DNA of 64,000 nt from Chloroflexia bacterium (GTDB taxonomy: Bacteria; Chloroflexota; Chloroflexia; Chloroheliales; Chloroheliaceae): positions 60,339 to 124,338 of the forward strand of contig JBBQGA010000015.1 in the NCBI GenBank assembly GCA_038322625.1, in the 5' to 3' direction. Shown piece by piece: positions 46,830-55,069 of this stretch. Positions within the stretch are counted from its first letter, which is position 1; every line of letters begins with the position of its first letter. The notes below the pieces were generated by a model. That model was not told the origin of the DNA. It saw only the letters and a list, made by a program, of their open reading frames with translations, and searched no databases. The translations under genes and the position numbers were made by a program.

Positions 46830-47252
46830 ATGCCACTTGCTGTAACTGAACAGGAATTACAACAACTGTTAAGCGAGTCTGAATTTATAAAGATGTACGG
46901 CTTTGAGCTTTATTCATTTGAGGAAGGGAAATGCACGATAAAAATTCCTTTTCGCAGGGAATTTGAGCGACCGGGTGGGGTAGTCAATGGTCCGGTTTAC
47001 ATGGCTGCCGCCGACCTGGCTATCTGGTTCGCCCTGATAACCGGTATCGGACGGCAGGAGGGTGATATGACTGTCACCAACGAACTTAATACCGCTTTTC
47101 TAGGTGGAGGCCGCACCGATATATTATGTAAAGCTGAGATACTAAAGTTTGGCCGTCGTCTGATCTATGGTACCGCCGAATGTCTGGACCAGCAGGGTAA
47201 ACGGCTTACTCACCACACCGCCACCTATATTCGACCGGTCAGTTACAATTAA
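46830..47252 (+). CDS. PaaI/hotdog-fold acyl-CoA thioesterase
   Basis: 140 aa. GGVVNGPVYMAAADLAIWFAL is typical of the PaaI thioesterase family. Confidence 0.75.
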   Translation: MPLAVTEQELQQLLSESEFIKMYGFELYSFEEGKCTIKIPFRREFERPGGVVNGPVYMAAADLAIWFALITGIGRQEGDMTVTNELNTAFLGGGRTDILCKAEILKFGRRLIYGTAECLDQQGKRLTHHTATYIRPVSYN

Positions 47253-47405
47253 TATAAAACGCTTACACCAAAGTTCAAACCGAATATTCAGGGCCGGAAG
47301 CTGCTTATTTAGGCCGTGACTCGTCCCAACCGGCGGAAGACTACGACCACAATTTATGCATTCTAAAGAATATCAACCAGCAAACCAACCGCATGAATAC
47401 CTTGA

Positions 47406-47633
47406 TTAACGAATTGCTGGATGAATCATGAAAGACAAGGCGGTAAGGGGTAAATCGTGTGGTAACAAACGCCAAACGCAACCTGAACACACGATGTAAA
47501 AGTTGGCGTTAAGGATTTCACGTATCGAGTATTTAATTTTGCGACCGAGTTCTTTTGGCACCGGTAAGAGCGGCTCAATTATTTGCCACTCATTGTCACT
47601 TAAATTCGTTGGATAAATTTGTCGGTTATTCAT
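47406..47633 (-). pseudogene. N-terminal fragment of an IS5-family (DUF4096-type) transposase
   Basis: YPTNLSDNEWQIIEPLLPVPKELGRKIKYSIREILNANFYIVCSGCVWRLLPHDLP matches the conserved N-domain. Similarity ends near 47450. Confidence 0.7.
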
Positions 47634-47777
47634 GTCATACTTTTTAACCGATTTTAGCTGGCTGGCCGCTTTTTTAGACTAGCTCTGAAAGAATGTGAAC
47701 AAATGAAATAGCTCTTATTGCCGAACTGAACCGGTTAATTGAACTTTATTTAAAAGAAAAACAAGAACTTTTCAGGT

Positions 47778-49290
47778 TTTGACGTTTAGATAAAAAATTA
47801 AAGGGCCAGCCGCTTTGCAGTAACTCGCCCAAACGAGTAATGTTTCTTTCGACCAAAAAAGAAAGGAGATTACTCACATGAACCTTAATATACTTCAACA
47901 ATTTCGGCAGGCCCTCTACGAATGTTTTGAGCAAAGCCGGGATGCTTTGTTCAACCTGGCCGATGCCCTCTTGAGTGAAACTCAGGCTCATTCGGTAATT
48001 GAACTCTCGCTCTCGCCCCACTTTGAGCGTCACCCAAAGGGTAGGTGGCCCAGCTTGTATGCCGCACTCAAACTCGGTAAACTTAACCAGGCTCGTTTTG
48101 AACAAACCCTGGTAAACTTTGCTCCTAAACCTGCTCCCGGCCAAAGAGTGCTACTGGCAGTAGATGCCTCCAATATTGAACGGCCTTTCAGTGAGACCTC
48201 GAGAGACCGGGGCTACCTTTATGCTCACAACCTGCCTGAATGTGATAAGCCGGTTACAGTTGGTTGGCAATTCTCGGTGGTGGTGGTGCCCGCCCAGGCC
48301 AGCAGTCACACTTACATTGTTAGTAATCGCCGCATTCCAACCGCCCAAACTCCGGCCACCGTAGCGGCTACTCAACTTAAAGAGCTCCGAGCTTACTTTG
48401 AACAGCGCCCCATAAATTTGGGCGACCGGTACTATCCGACCAAAGATTTCCTGGTGGAGGTCAGCCCCGATTATGACTTGTTGGTGCGGCTCAAGGCTAA
48501 TCGGGTCTTCTATCGGCCAGCCCCGAGCAGTGGCGGTTGGCGAGCGGCGACGAGGAGCACCTAGCAAACACGGTCCACGCTTTCAGTGTAACAATGTGGC
48601 TACGCACGGCCAACCCGACCAACAATGGATAGGCGTAGACGATAGTGGGGGTAAGATAGTGGTGAGCCAATGGCAGGGTTTGCATCTGCGCGAAGCAGTG
48701 AAAATGAATTTGAGTGTATTTCGAGTGCAGCGTTTTGGAGCCAGTGGGAAACGGCGTGACCCACTGGAAAGCTGGTTCGTATGGTCGGGGCAAAGTGAGC
48801 TTGAACTCAGCGAAGTGTGGGCCACTTACAAAAGGCGTTTCTCCATAGAACACGGCTTCCGCTTCGATAAACAAGATTTGTTCTGGACGCAGCCTCGCTT
48901 GCGGGAGCCAAGTCAATTCGAGTTGTGGACCGCCTTGGTCAGTATGGTCCACGACGAAATGAACGTCGCCGAAAGTTTGGGGGTGGGAATATTGCGACCA
49001 TGGGAAAATCACCAGCGACCACTCAGCCCTCAACAAATCCGGCGAGGGCTGGGGGCAATAATGAGCGAGTTGGGAAGCCTCGCCCGAGTGTCGCAAAGTC
49101 GAGGAAAAGGCATTGGACGGGTCTTTGGGGCAAAAATTGAGCCAGCCATGCGTTACAAAGTGGTTAGAAAGACCCCTAAAAAGGTCAAAAGAGCCTAATT
49201 TTACTGGGTTTAGCTCGAGTTTTAGCATTTTGTTTCACAGCACCTCGAAAGGGGGCTAATTTTCATTGCTTATTAAATCTAAACGTCAAA
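47778..49290 (+). mobile_element. IS element (~1.5 kb, IS701/IS4-like DDE transposase) with 14-bp terminal inverted repeats
   Basis: TTTGACGTTTAGAT at 47778..47791 is the exact reverse complement of ATCTAAACGTCAAA at 49277..49290. The repeats bracket the transposase reading frames. No clear target-site duplication was seen. Confidence 0.7.
47878..49198 (+). pseudogene. DDE transposase interrupted by a frameshift (ORFs 47878..48564 and 48473..49198)
   Basis: The N-terminal part ends ...LVRLKANRVFYRPAP. The +1 frame continues GERRRGAPSKHGPRF...YKRRFSIEHGFRFDKQDL. Together they resemble one IS701-like protein. Confidence 0.65.
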
Positions 49291-49418
49291 GGATAAGAGA
49301 GCCTAAATTTACTTTACATTATGATTACTGGCCCTCTTTGAAATACTGTTTGGTGACAAAAGAATATAGAAAGTGAAATCTAATAAAAATTATCAATTTA
49401 CTGTTAAATTATAGACTC

Positions 49419-49447
49419 TTGTATTAGTGGTAAATTAATGCTATATA
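49419..49447 (+). promoter_or_regulatory. candidate promoter of the helicase/nuclease operon
   Basis: TTGTAT, 17 nt, then TG-n-TATATA (extended -10), ~150 nt upstream of 49599. The context is AT-rich, so a chance match is possible. Confidence 0.3.
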
Positions 49448-49598
49448 TAATTATATAGGCTTTCAATTTCCTATTATTCTTGAGTTCATCGAATTCAATT
49501 ATACAGTCATTTTTAGAACTTAATCTTAAATTCGCTTACGACGCTTCTTTTTACTCATGGGAGCCGCAAAAGCCTTTAATTGGTAAAGGTACGGTTAG

Positions 49599-52500
49599 AT
49601 GCAACTTACTCCCAGCCAATCATTTGAACATATTACAGAATCAGTTATCCAGTACCTCGAAACGGCATACAAAATAAGTCATCCTTTGATTTTCGAAGAA
49701 CGAAGCAGTCTATTGCGGCAGCCAGGAATAATTGCTCGTTATCCATTCATTGAATCAACACCTGCTTTTCCAGCAAGCCGTAGATTGCAAGAGTTGGAAG
49801 CAACCTATCCAGAGTTTATACCAACTGGGCTAAGTGATCTGGTTAAACACGGAATTTCTGTAGATCGATTTCCACTTTATCTTCATCAAGAAATCTCTCT
49901 GCTGGCAGCAAGGAAAGATCAAAAGAGCTTAATTGTTGCAACTGGAACTGGTTCCGGAAAGACCGAAAGTTTTTTATTACCCATTATGGCGGACTTAATT
50001 AATGAAGCCGTTAATTGGGAACCCACCGCCGGTCATACTGGACGCGGTAGATTTGATGAAAACAGCCAGAATTGGCTGCATTCCCGACAGCATGAAAAGC
50101 GACCAGCGGCTTTGAGGGCTATTATCCTCTATCCCATGAATGCTTTGGTAAATGACCAATTAGGAAGGTTGCGCCGTATCCTGGCAAGTAGTTCTTCCCA
50201 AGCATGGCAGCACGCCCACCTCAAAGGAAATCAACTTTATTTTGGAATGTACACAAGTCTTGCTCAGCCTACCGGTAGTTGGAAAACCCCTGGTAAACGA
50301 AAGCAGTTCGAAGAATACTACCGTGAGCTAGAGCAAGATTGGGAGAAATTGCCATCTGCCCTTAGAGAAACTGGTAGTTGGCCGCGCCCGAATAGTCCCG
50401 AAATGCTTTGCCGGTGGGATATTCAAGAAGCTCCGCCTGATATATTGGTTACTAATTATTCTATGCTGGAATATATGTTAGTCAGACCAATTGAGACCGA
50501 TATTTTTGAGCGGACCAGGCATTGGTTAGAAACTTCTCCCGGTGCCCACCTGACTCTGGTATTAGATGAAGCTCATACTTACAGCGGAGCTAAAGGTACT
50601 GAAGTGGCCTACCTAGTACGCCGTCTTAAAGAACGACTTGGTCTGGACTCAGGTTCTGGCAAATTTAGAGCCATCGCTACAACCGCTTCTGTCCCGTCGG
50701 GCGATGATCAAAAAATATTAAAGTTTGCCTCTGATTTATTCTGCGAGCCAACTGAGCGGTTCAAACTCGTGCGGACGGAGCCTACTCAAACCAAGCTTTT
50801 AGAGCGCCATGCAACATCTCGTGCTTTAAAGGAATTTGCAACTTTCTACGAGAATTTTGATCTCCAAAACCCGGTTGCCGCCATCCATAATCTCGCCTCT
50901 GGATTGAACCTGGTGTTGCCGCCTTCATATGATCAACTCCCACCTTCCGTTTTACTTCACTATATTCTTCAACAAAATAATGAAATAGAATGGGTGCGTT
51001 GGCGCACTGCAAGAAATGCTACTCAATTGGATATTCTGGCCGAAGAATGTTGGTCAGGCTTGGGAAGTTTAGAAGCACGTGATAAAGCTACCGCGGGAAT
51101 TTTGGCGGCTGGCAGTTTTGCCCGACACTCTGATTCGGCAGATATTGCCCCTATGCTTTCAATGCGCATTCACGCCTTTACCAGGGGATTACCTGGTCTA
51201 TGGGGATGCCTTAATCAGCAATGCCCGGAAGTTTCAGCCGAACTTAGCCTCCCGGATTATCCACGTCCGGTGGGTAAATTATATCCTGAACCTCGTATCT
51301 GGTGTAGCCCTCGATGTGGCTCCCGTGTTCTTGAGCTATTCTCCTGTCGTAAATGCGGTTTGCTTTTCATGGGCGGTATTCCAGAAGAGCAAGAAGGAAG
51401 CTTATGGCCCTGGAGTGATGATCTGGATGGTGAAAAACAGGACCTAAAACGTTATAAGATTTTTGGACTAGAAGCCCCAGCAGTAGAAGTAACTCCAACA
51501 TACCGGTCCATTCGCACTACCCTGGAATCCCATCCAAAGGATATTTATTCTCGACCGGTTTATGAAATTGCCCCAGATACAAAAAGTGATAGTAAATCAA
51601 CCAGCCCTTTTCCTCAACGCTGTCCCCGTTGCCAAAATTCACGTTCTCCTGGTCAAAGTCCCCGTGAAATTATCGAGCCTTTTCGAACTAGAACCTCACG
51701 CGCATTTTCGGTAATGGCAGATGCAAGTTTTAGGGTGCAAATGCCTTCTACCAGCGGCGATAAACCTAACTATGGGCGTAAAGCTTTACTCTTTTCCGAC
51801 TCACGGATGGAAGCGGCCCAATTGGCGGCTGATTTGCGAAATGACCATCACGCTGACTTATTCCGCCAGATGCTCTATCGTGCGATCTATTGCTGTGTTG
51901 AGTGTGATGGTCATGGAGAGATCGAGGAGGAAGATTCATTCGTTATTGGGCAAACAATAAGTAGACAGAAGGTAAAATGCCAGAGTTGTGGCGGGAGCGG
52001 TCTTAATATTCCAACTGGAGGAACACCCCAGCCGCTTGGCTTCACTGATTTGCGGCGAAAAGTAATTGATTTGCAAATCGCCGTGGGTATTAATCCAACA
52101 AACGGTCGGGAAAAACGATTTTTTCAGCTTTATCAGGATAACAATCCAGACTGGTCAAACTTTGCTGAAGAAGCCTTTAATGCAGGATTGCGTAGAGAAT
52201 TGTCCGAAGATGAATTTGCGCTTGAACCGATGGGACTTGCCCGTTGGAGAGTAAAATTGCCAGCCACCTCTTTTGGCCGTTTTGACCCTTTAACCGAGGA
52301 GGAAAGCCGCCTACTTATTCAACTGGTAAGCCGCATACTGGCCTCTGAGGATATTTTGCTTCCCCCCCAACCTCTTAAACCGTGGGAGTGGAACTCGGAG
52401 TTAGTCGAAAAGTACGAGCGGCGGGTTCTTATAAGAGCTAGGGCCATAGTTGAAAGTGACCTGCAAACAGGAGTACCCTATAATTTTAACCCGTATCGCA

Positions 52501-55061
52501 AATTAGGCCGTTATATTAAAGCTCTGGCGAGTAAACTGGTGAGAGATGGTCGTCTGGCAAACGCTGATAAATGGCTTGGTGTGATGGAAAGCCAATTATG
52601 GGATGCCCTGACCAATAAAACTCTTAATATTCTAGTTCCGGCAGGTTCGGCGATCCGTGAACAAACTCCACGCGGTATCCGGCTGGATATGTTCGAATTA
52701 CACCCAGTAAATAATCTCATTGAGGAATGCCAATCCTGTGCTCTATTAATGGGCGATACAGTGGCGTCAGTATGTTTGCGGTGTGGTCAGGAAACCAAAC
52801 CCATCGAAGTTACTAAACTTCGAAAGAATTTCTTTAGGCAGGCTGCCTATTACGCCTTACCCGGGTCCGGATTTCATGACCCCTACCCCCTACGTTCTAT
52901 TGAGCATTCCGCTCAAATTTCAGGTAAAGAAACCCGCAATTACGAACGCTGGTTTCAAGATATGTTTCAGGAAAACCAGCAGCCTCTTGATTCAAGGATT
53001 GATATTCTTTCGGTGACTACAACCATGGAAATGGGTATTGATATTGGCAGTTTGCTAAGTGTGGCTTTAAGTAATGTTCCACCATCGGTTGCCAATTACC
53101 AGCAGCGGGCCGGTAGAGCTGGGCGGCGGGGAAGTGCTCTCGCAACTGTGATGACTAGTGCTCTTTTACGCAGCCACGACCAATATTACTTTGATCGACC
53201 ACCGGAAATTGTCAGTGGTACCCCTCGTGTACCAGTGCTTTATCTGAATAATGAGGTAATTGTTCATCGTCATGTTCGCTCTGTATTGTTACAAAGTTTC
53301 TTTTTTCAAAAATACAAATTTGCTACTTCCTCAAATCTTTTACAGGCTTGGGGTCTGGTAGAAGAATATACGAGCCAAAAAACTGCAGTGAAACTGGCTG
53401 ACTTTCTTGAAGCAAATTCGGGGCATCTCATTGAACGGTGTACTCATATAGTGCCGGCAAATTTTCAATCAAGACTGTCTGATTGGTTGAATGCCCTTAG
53501 AATGGAAATTGATAAAGTTGTGGCTGGTTGTGATGACCAGATTGGTCTTTTAGAAGCTCTTATTAATGGGGGGTTGCTGCCAAAATACGCTTTTCCAGTG
53601 GATGTTGTGCGGCTTAATATCCCAACCCCTCGTGATGAAAATAACCCGGAACGCTTCGAGTCAGCTGAAGGGGAGGGAATGCAGCGTGATCTTAAAATTG
53701 CCCTGGCCGAATATGTTCCGGGAGCAGAAGTTTTGCGAGGCGATTTCCCGAACACTTATGTATACCAGAGTGCTGGTTTATACGACCCTTTTAATGATAC
53801 TCCCGATTATCACGCGCATGGCCAATTGGTGGAATGTTCCGATTGTCAATCGGTTCAGTTAATCGGGCAGGACGAAACTTCCCCTGATGAATGCGCACAA
53901 TGTAATGGGCTTAATCTAATAACCTTGCCCTATTTAAGACCGCCAGGCTTCACTGTGGATTGGGCTAAACCAGATGCAGGCCGGGAGTTATATAAGGGTG
54001 GCGGGCGCGAACGATCCGGAACGGTACTTCCAGCTCGGTTGTTGATTGGTGAAACGGTATTTAATAGTGGTCATGCTTTCTCGCCGGTTGCTCCAAGCTT
54101 ATTCATTCAAACTCGTAATGATAACCTGTTTTGCTGTAATAAAGGTCCTGACCAGCGTTGGCCCGGTTTTAGGATTTGTGCAAGTTGTGGACGGTACTTT
54201 TCAGGGAACGAAAAGCCTGGTAAACATCGGTACCCGGCCAATATTCCTCCTAACCGAGGTTATTTAAAAGGCCCTCGTGCTGGGGCTTTTTGTGTTAATA
54301 CAACCGATTTGCAAAATCAGGTAGTTCTTGGTTACCCTTTTCGCTCTGATTTAATTTTAATGGGAGTGAATTTACCACCGGAATTAGACGCGCCTATCAA
54401 TCAACCCTTTGGGCGGGCTATCTGGTACTCCTTTGGCACGCTTTTAGTTAATGCTGCTTCTCTGATCTTACAGGTTGATGCGGGCGAATTGAAAGTAGGA
54501 GTGAGAGCTATTAACCGTGGACCTGGACGTTTACATGGGGAAGTCTTTATTTATGATGATGTGCCTGGCGGTGCAGGCTACGCCAATGCTATAGCCGATA
54601 ATCTGGAAGAAATCTTATTTAAAGCCCTGAAACTGGGTAGGAATTGCACCAATCCTCAATGCATCGGAGCTTGCTACCACTGCGTACTTGATTATCGCAA
54701 TCAGTTACTTCATCCTATTCTGGATAGAGAATTAGGCACCGCTTTACTGGAATATATTCTGAGTGGAAAATGCCCCCAACCCGATCCAATCAAGATTGGA
54801 ACGTATGTAGCAGGACTTGAACAATATACGCGCTTAAATTCAGAAATGAAACCAGGCCGCAAAGTAGAAGGGCTGGAGCTCGCAGCAATCTTCCAAAAGA
54901 AAGGTGGTAGCCAGGTAGGTTTGCACGTTATTCATCCGCTGGAAAGCGCACCTGGTAAATCCTTACTCAGAAACATTTTCATTCAGCATAAAATCAAATG
55001 TGTAACCCATACGCTTTTTGACCTGGAGCGTAGACCCTTTTGGGTGAGTCGCAATATCTAA
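49599..55061 (+). CDS. 1820-aa SF2 (DEAH) helicase fused to a DUF1998/MrfA-type zinc-binding C-terminal module; DruE / DrmA+DrmB-like
   Basis: Motif I VATGTGSGKTESFLLP, motif II LVLDEAHTYSG plus TNYSMLEYMLVRP, motif VI YQQRAGRAGRRG. C-terminal LLPKYAFPVDVV, DDVPGGAGYANAI and CYHCVLDYRNQ. Several Cys4 ribbons. Confidence 0.85.
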   Translation: MQLTPSQSFEHITESVIQYLETAYKISHPLIFEERSSLLRQPGIIARYPFIESTPAFPASRRLQELEATYPEFIPTGLSDLVKHGISVDRFPLYLHQEISLLAARKDQKSLIVATGTGSGKTESFLLPIMADLINEAVNWEPTAGHTGRGRFDENSQNWLHSRQHEKRPAALRAIILYPMNALVNDQLGRLRRILASSSSQAWQHAHLKGNQLYFGMYTSLAQPTGSWKTPGKRKQFEEYYRELEQDWEKLPSALRETGSWPRPNSPEMLCRWDIQEAPPDILVTNYSMLEYMLVRPIETDIFERTRHWLETSPGAHLTLVLDEAHTYSGAKGTEVAYLVRRLKERLGLDSGSGKFRAIATTASVPSGDDQKILKFASDLFCEPTERFKLVRTEPTQTKLLERHATSRALKEFATFYENFDLQNPVAAIHNLASGLNLVLPPSYDQLPPSVLLHYILQQNNEIEWVRWRTARNATQLDILAEECWSGLGSLEARDKATAGILAAGSFARHSDSADIAPMLSMRIHAFTRGLPGLWGCLNQQCPEVSAELSLPDYPRPVGKLYPEPRIWCSPRCGSRVLELFSCRKCGLLFMGGIPEEQEGSLWPWSDDLDGEKQDLKRYKIFGLEAPAVEVTPTYRSIRTTLESHPKDIYSRPVYEIAPDTKSDSKSTSPFPQRCPRCQNSRSPGQSPREIIEPFRTRTSRAFSVMADASFRVQMPSTSGDKPNYGRKALLFSDSRMEAAQLAADLRNDHHADLFRQMLYRAIYCCVECDGHGEIEEEDSFVIGQTISRQKVKCQSCGGSGLNIPTGGTPQPLGFTDLRRKVIDLQIAVGINPTNGREKRFFQLYQDNNPDWSNFAEEAFNAGLRRELSEDEFALEPMGLARWRVKLPATSFGRFDPLTEEESRLLIQLVSRILASEDILLPPQPLKPWEWNSELVEKYERRVLIRARAIVESDLQTGVPYNFNPYRKLGRYIKALASKLVRDGRLANADKWLGVMESQLWDALTNKTLNILVPAGSAIREQTPRGIRLDMFELHPVNNLIEECQSCALLMGDTVASVCLRCGQETKPIEVTKLRKNFFRQAAYYALPGSGFHDPYPLRSIEHSAQISGKETRNYERWFQDMFQENQQPLDSRIDILSVTTTMEMGIDIGSLLSVALSNVPPSVANYQQRAGRAGRRGSALATVMTSALLRSHDQYYFDRPPEIVSGTPRVPVLYLNNEVIVHRHVRSVLLQSFFFQKYKFATSSNLLQAWGLVEEYTSQKTAVKLADFLEANSGHLIERCTHIVPANFQSRLSDWLNALRMEIDKVVAGCDDQIGLLEALINGGLLPKYAFPVDVVRLNIPTPRDENNPERFESAEGEGMQRDLKIALAEYVPGAEVLRGDFPNTYVYQSAGLYDPFNDTPDYHAHGQLVECSDCQSVQLIGQDETSPDECAQCNGLNLITLPYLRPPGFTVDWAKPDAGRELYKGGGRERSGTVLPARLLIGETVFNSGHAFSPVAPSLFIQTRNDNLFCCNKGPDQRWPGFRICASCGRYFSGNEKPGKHRYPANIPPNRGYLKGPRAGAFCVNTTDLQNQVVLGYPFRSDLILMGVNLPPELDAPINQPFGRAIWYSFGTLLVNAASLILQVDAGELKVGVRAINRGPGRLHGEVFIYDDVPGGAGYANAIADNLEEILFKALKLGRNCTNPQCIGACYHCVLDYRNQLLHPILDRELGTALLEYILSGKCPQPDPIKIGTYVAGLEQYTRLNSEMKPGRKVEGLELAAIFQKKGGSQVGLHVIHPLESAPGKSLLRNIFIQHKIKCVTHTLFDLERRPFWVSRNI

Positions 55062-55069
55062 GGAGCTGC

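Noticed and set aside
47258-47431. A 57-codon open frame ending ...ILKNINQQTNRMNTLINELLDES, which looked like the DHp helix of a histidine kinase remnant.
   Set aside because: No H-box (HELRTPL-like) lies at the expected distance upstream, there is no start codon, and the match is only a short helix pattern. This is insufficient to call a pseudogene.
48497-49228. A 243-aa minus-strand ORF, plus 47746..48144 and 48151..48567, inside the IS.
   Set aside because: They are antisense to the recognisable DDE transposase frames and have no motifs. They are typical shadow ORFs.
47778-49290. Target-site duplication flanking the IS.
   Set aside because: The flanks (…TTCAGGT | and | GGATAAG…) show no convincing direct repeat. 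The insertion may be old, or recombination between copies may have occurred.
49190-49320. The direct repeat AGAGCCTAA(A)TTTACT, seen once at the transposase stop (about 49189) and once just outside the right IR (about 49299).
   Set aside because: It is only ~15 bp with one indel in AT-rich sequence. It might hint at a duplicated IS end, but it is too short to interpret.
49480-49677. A 65-aa ORF overlapping the start of the giant helicase gene.
   Set aside because: It lies in the AT-rich leader, has no RBS or motif, and overlaps the well-supported 49599 start in another frame.
55040-55069. The ORF-track start (TTG at 55040) for the nuclease gene.
   Set aside because: It overlaps the helicase gene's end and lacks an RBS. 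The ATG at 55070 follows AGGAG by 4 nt.
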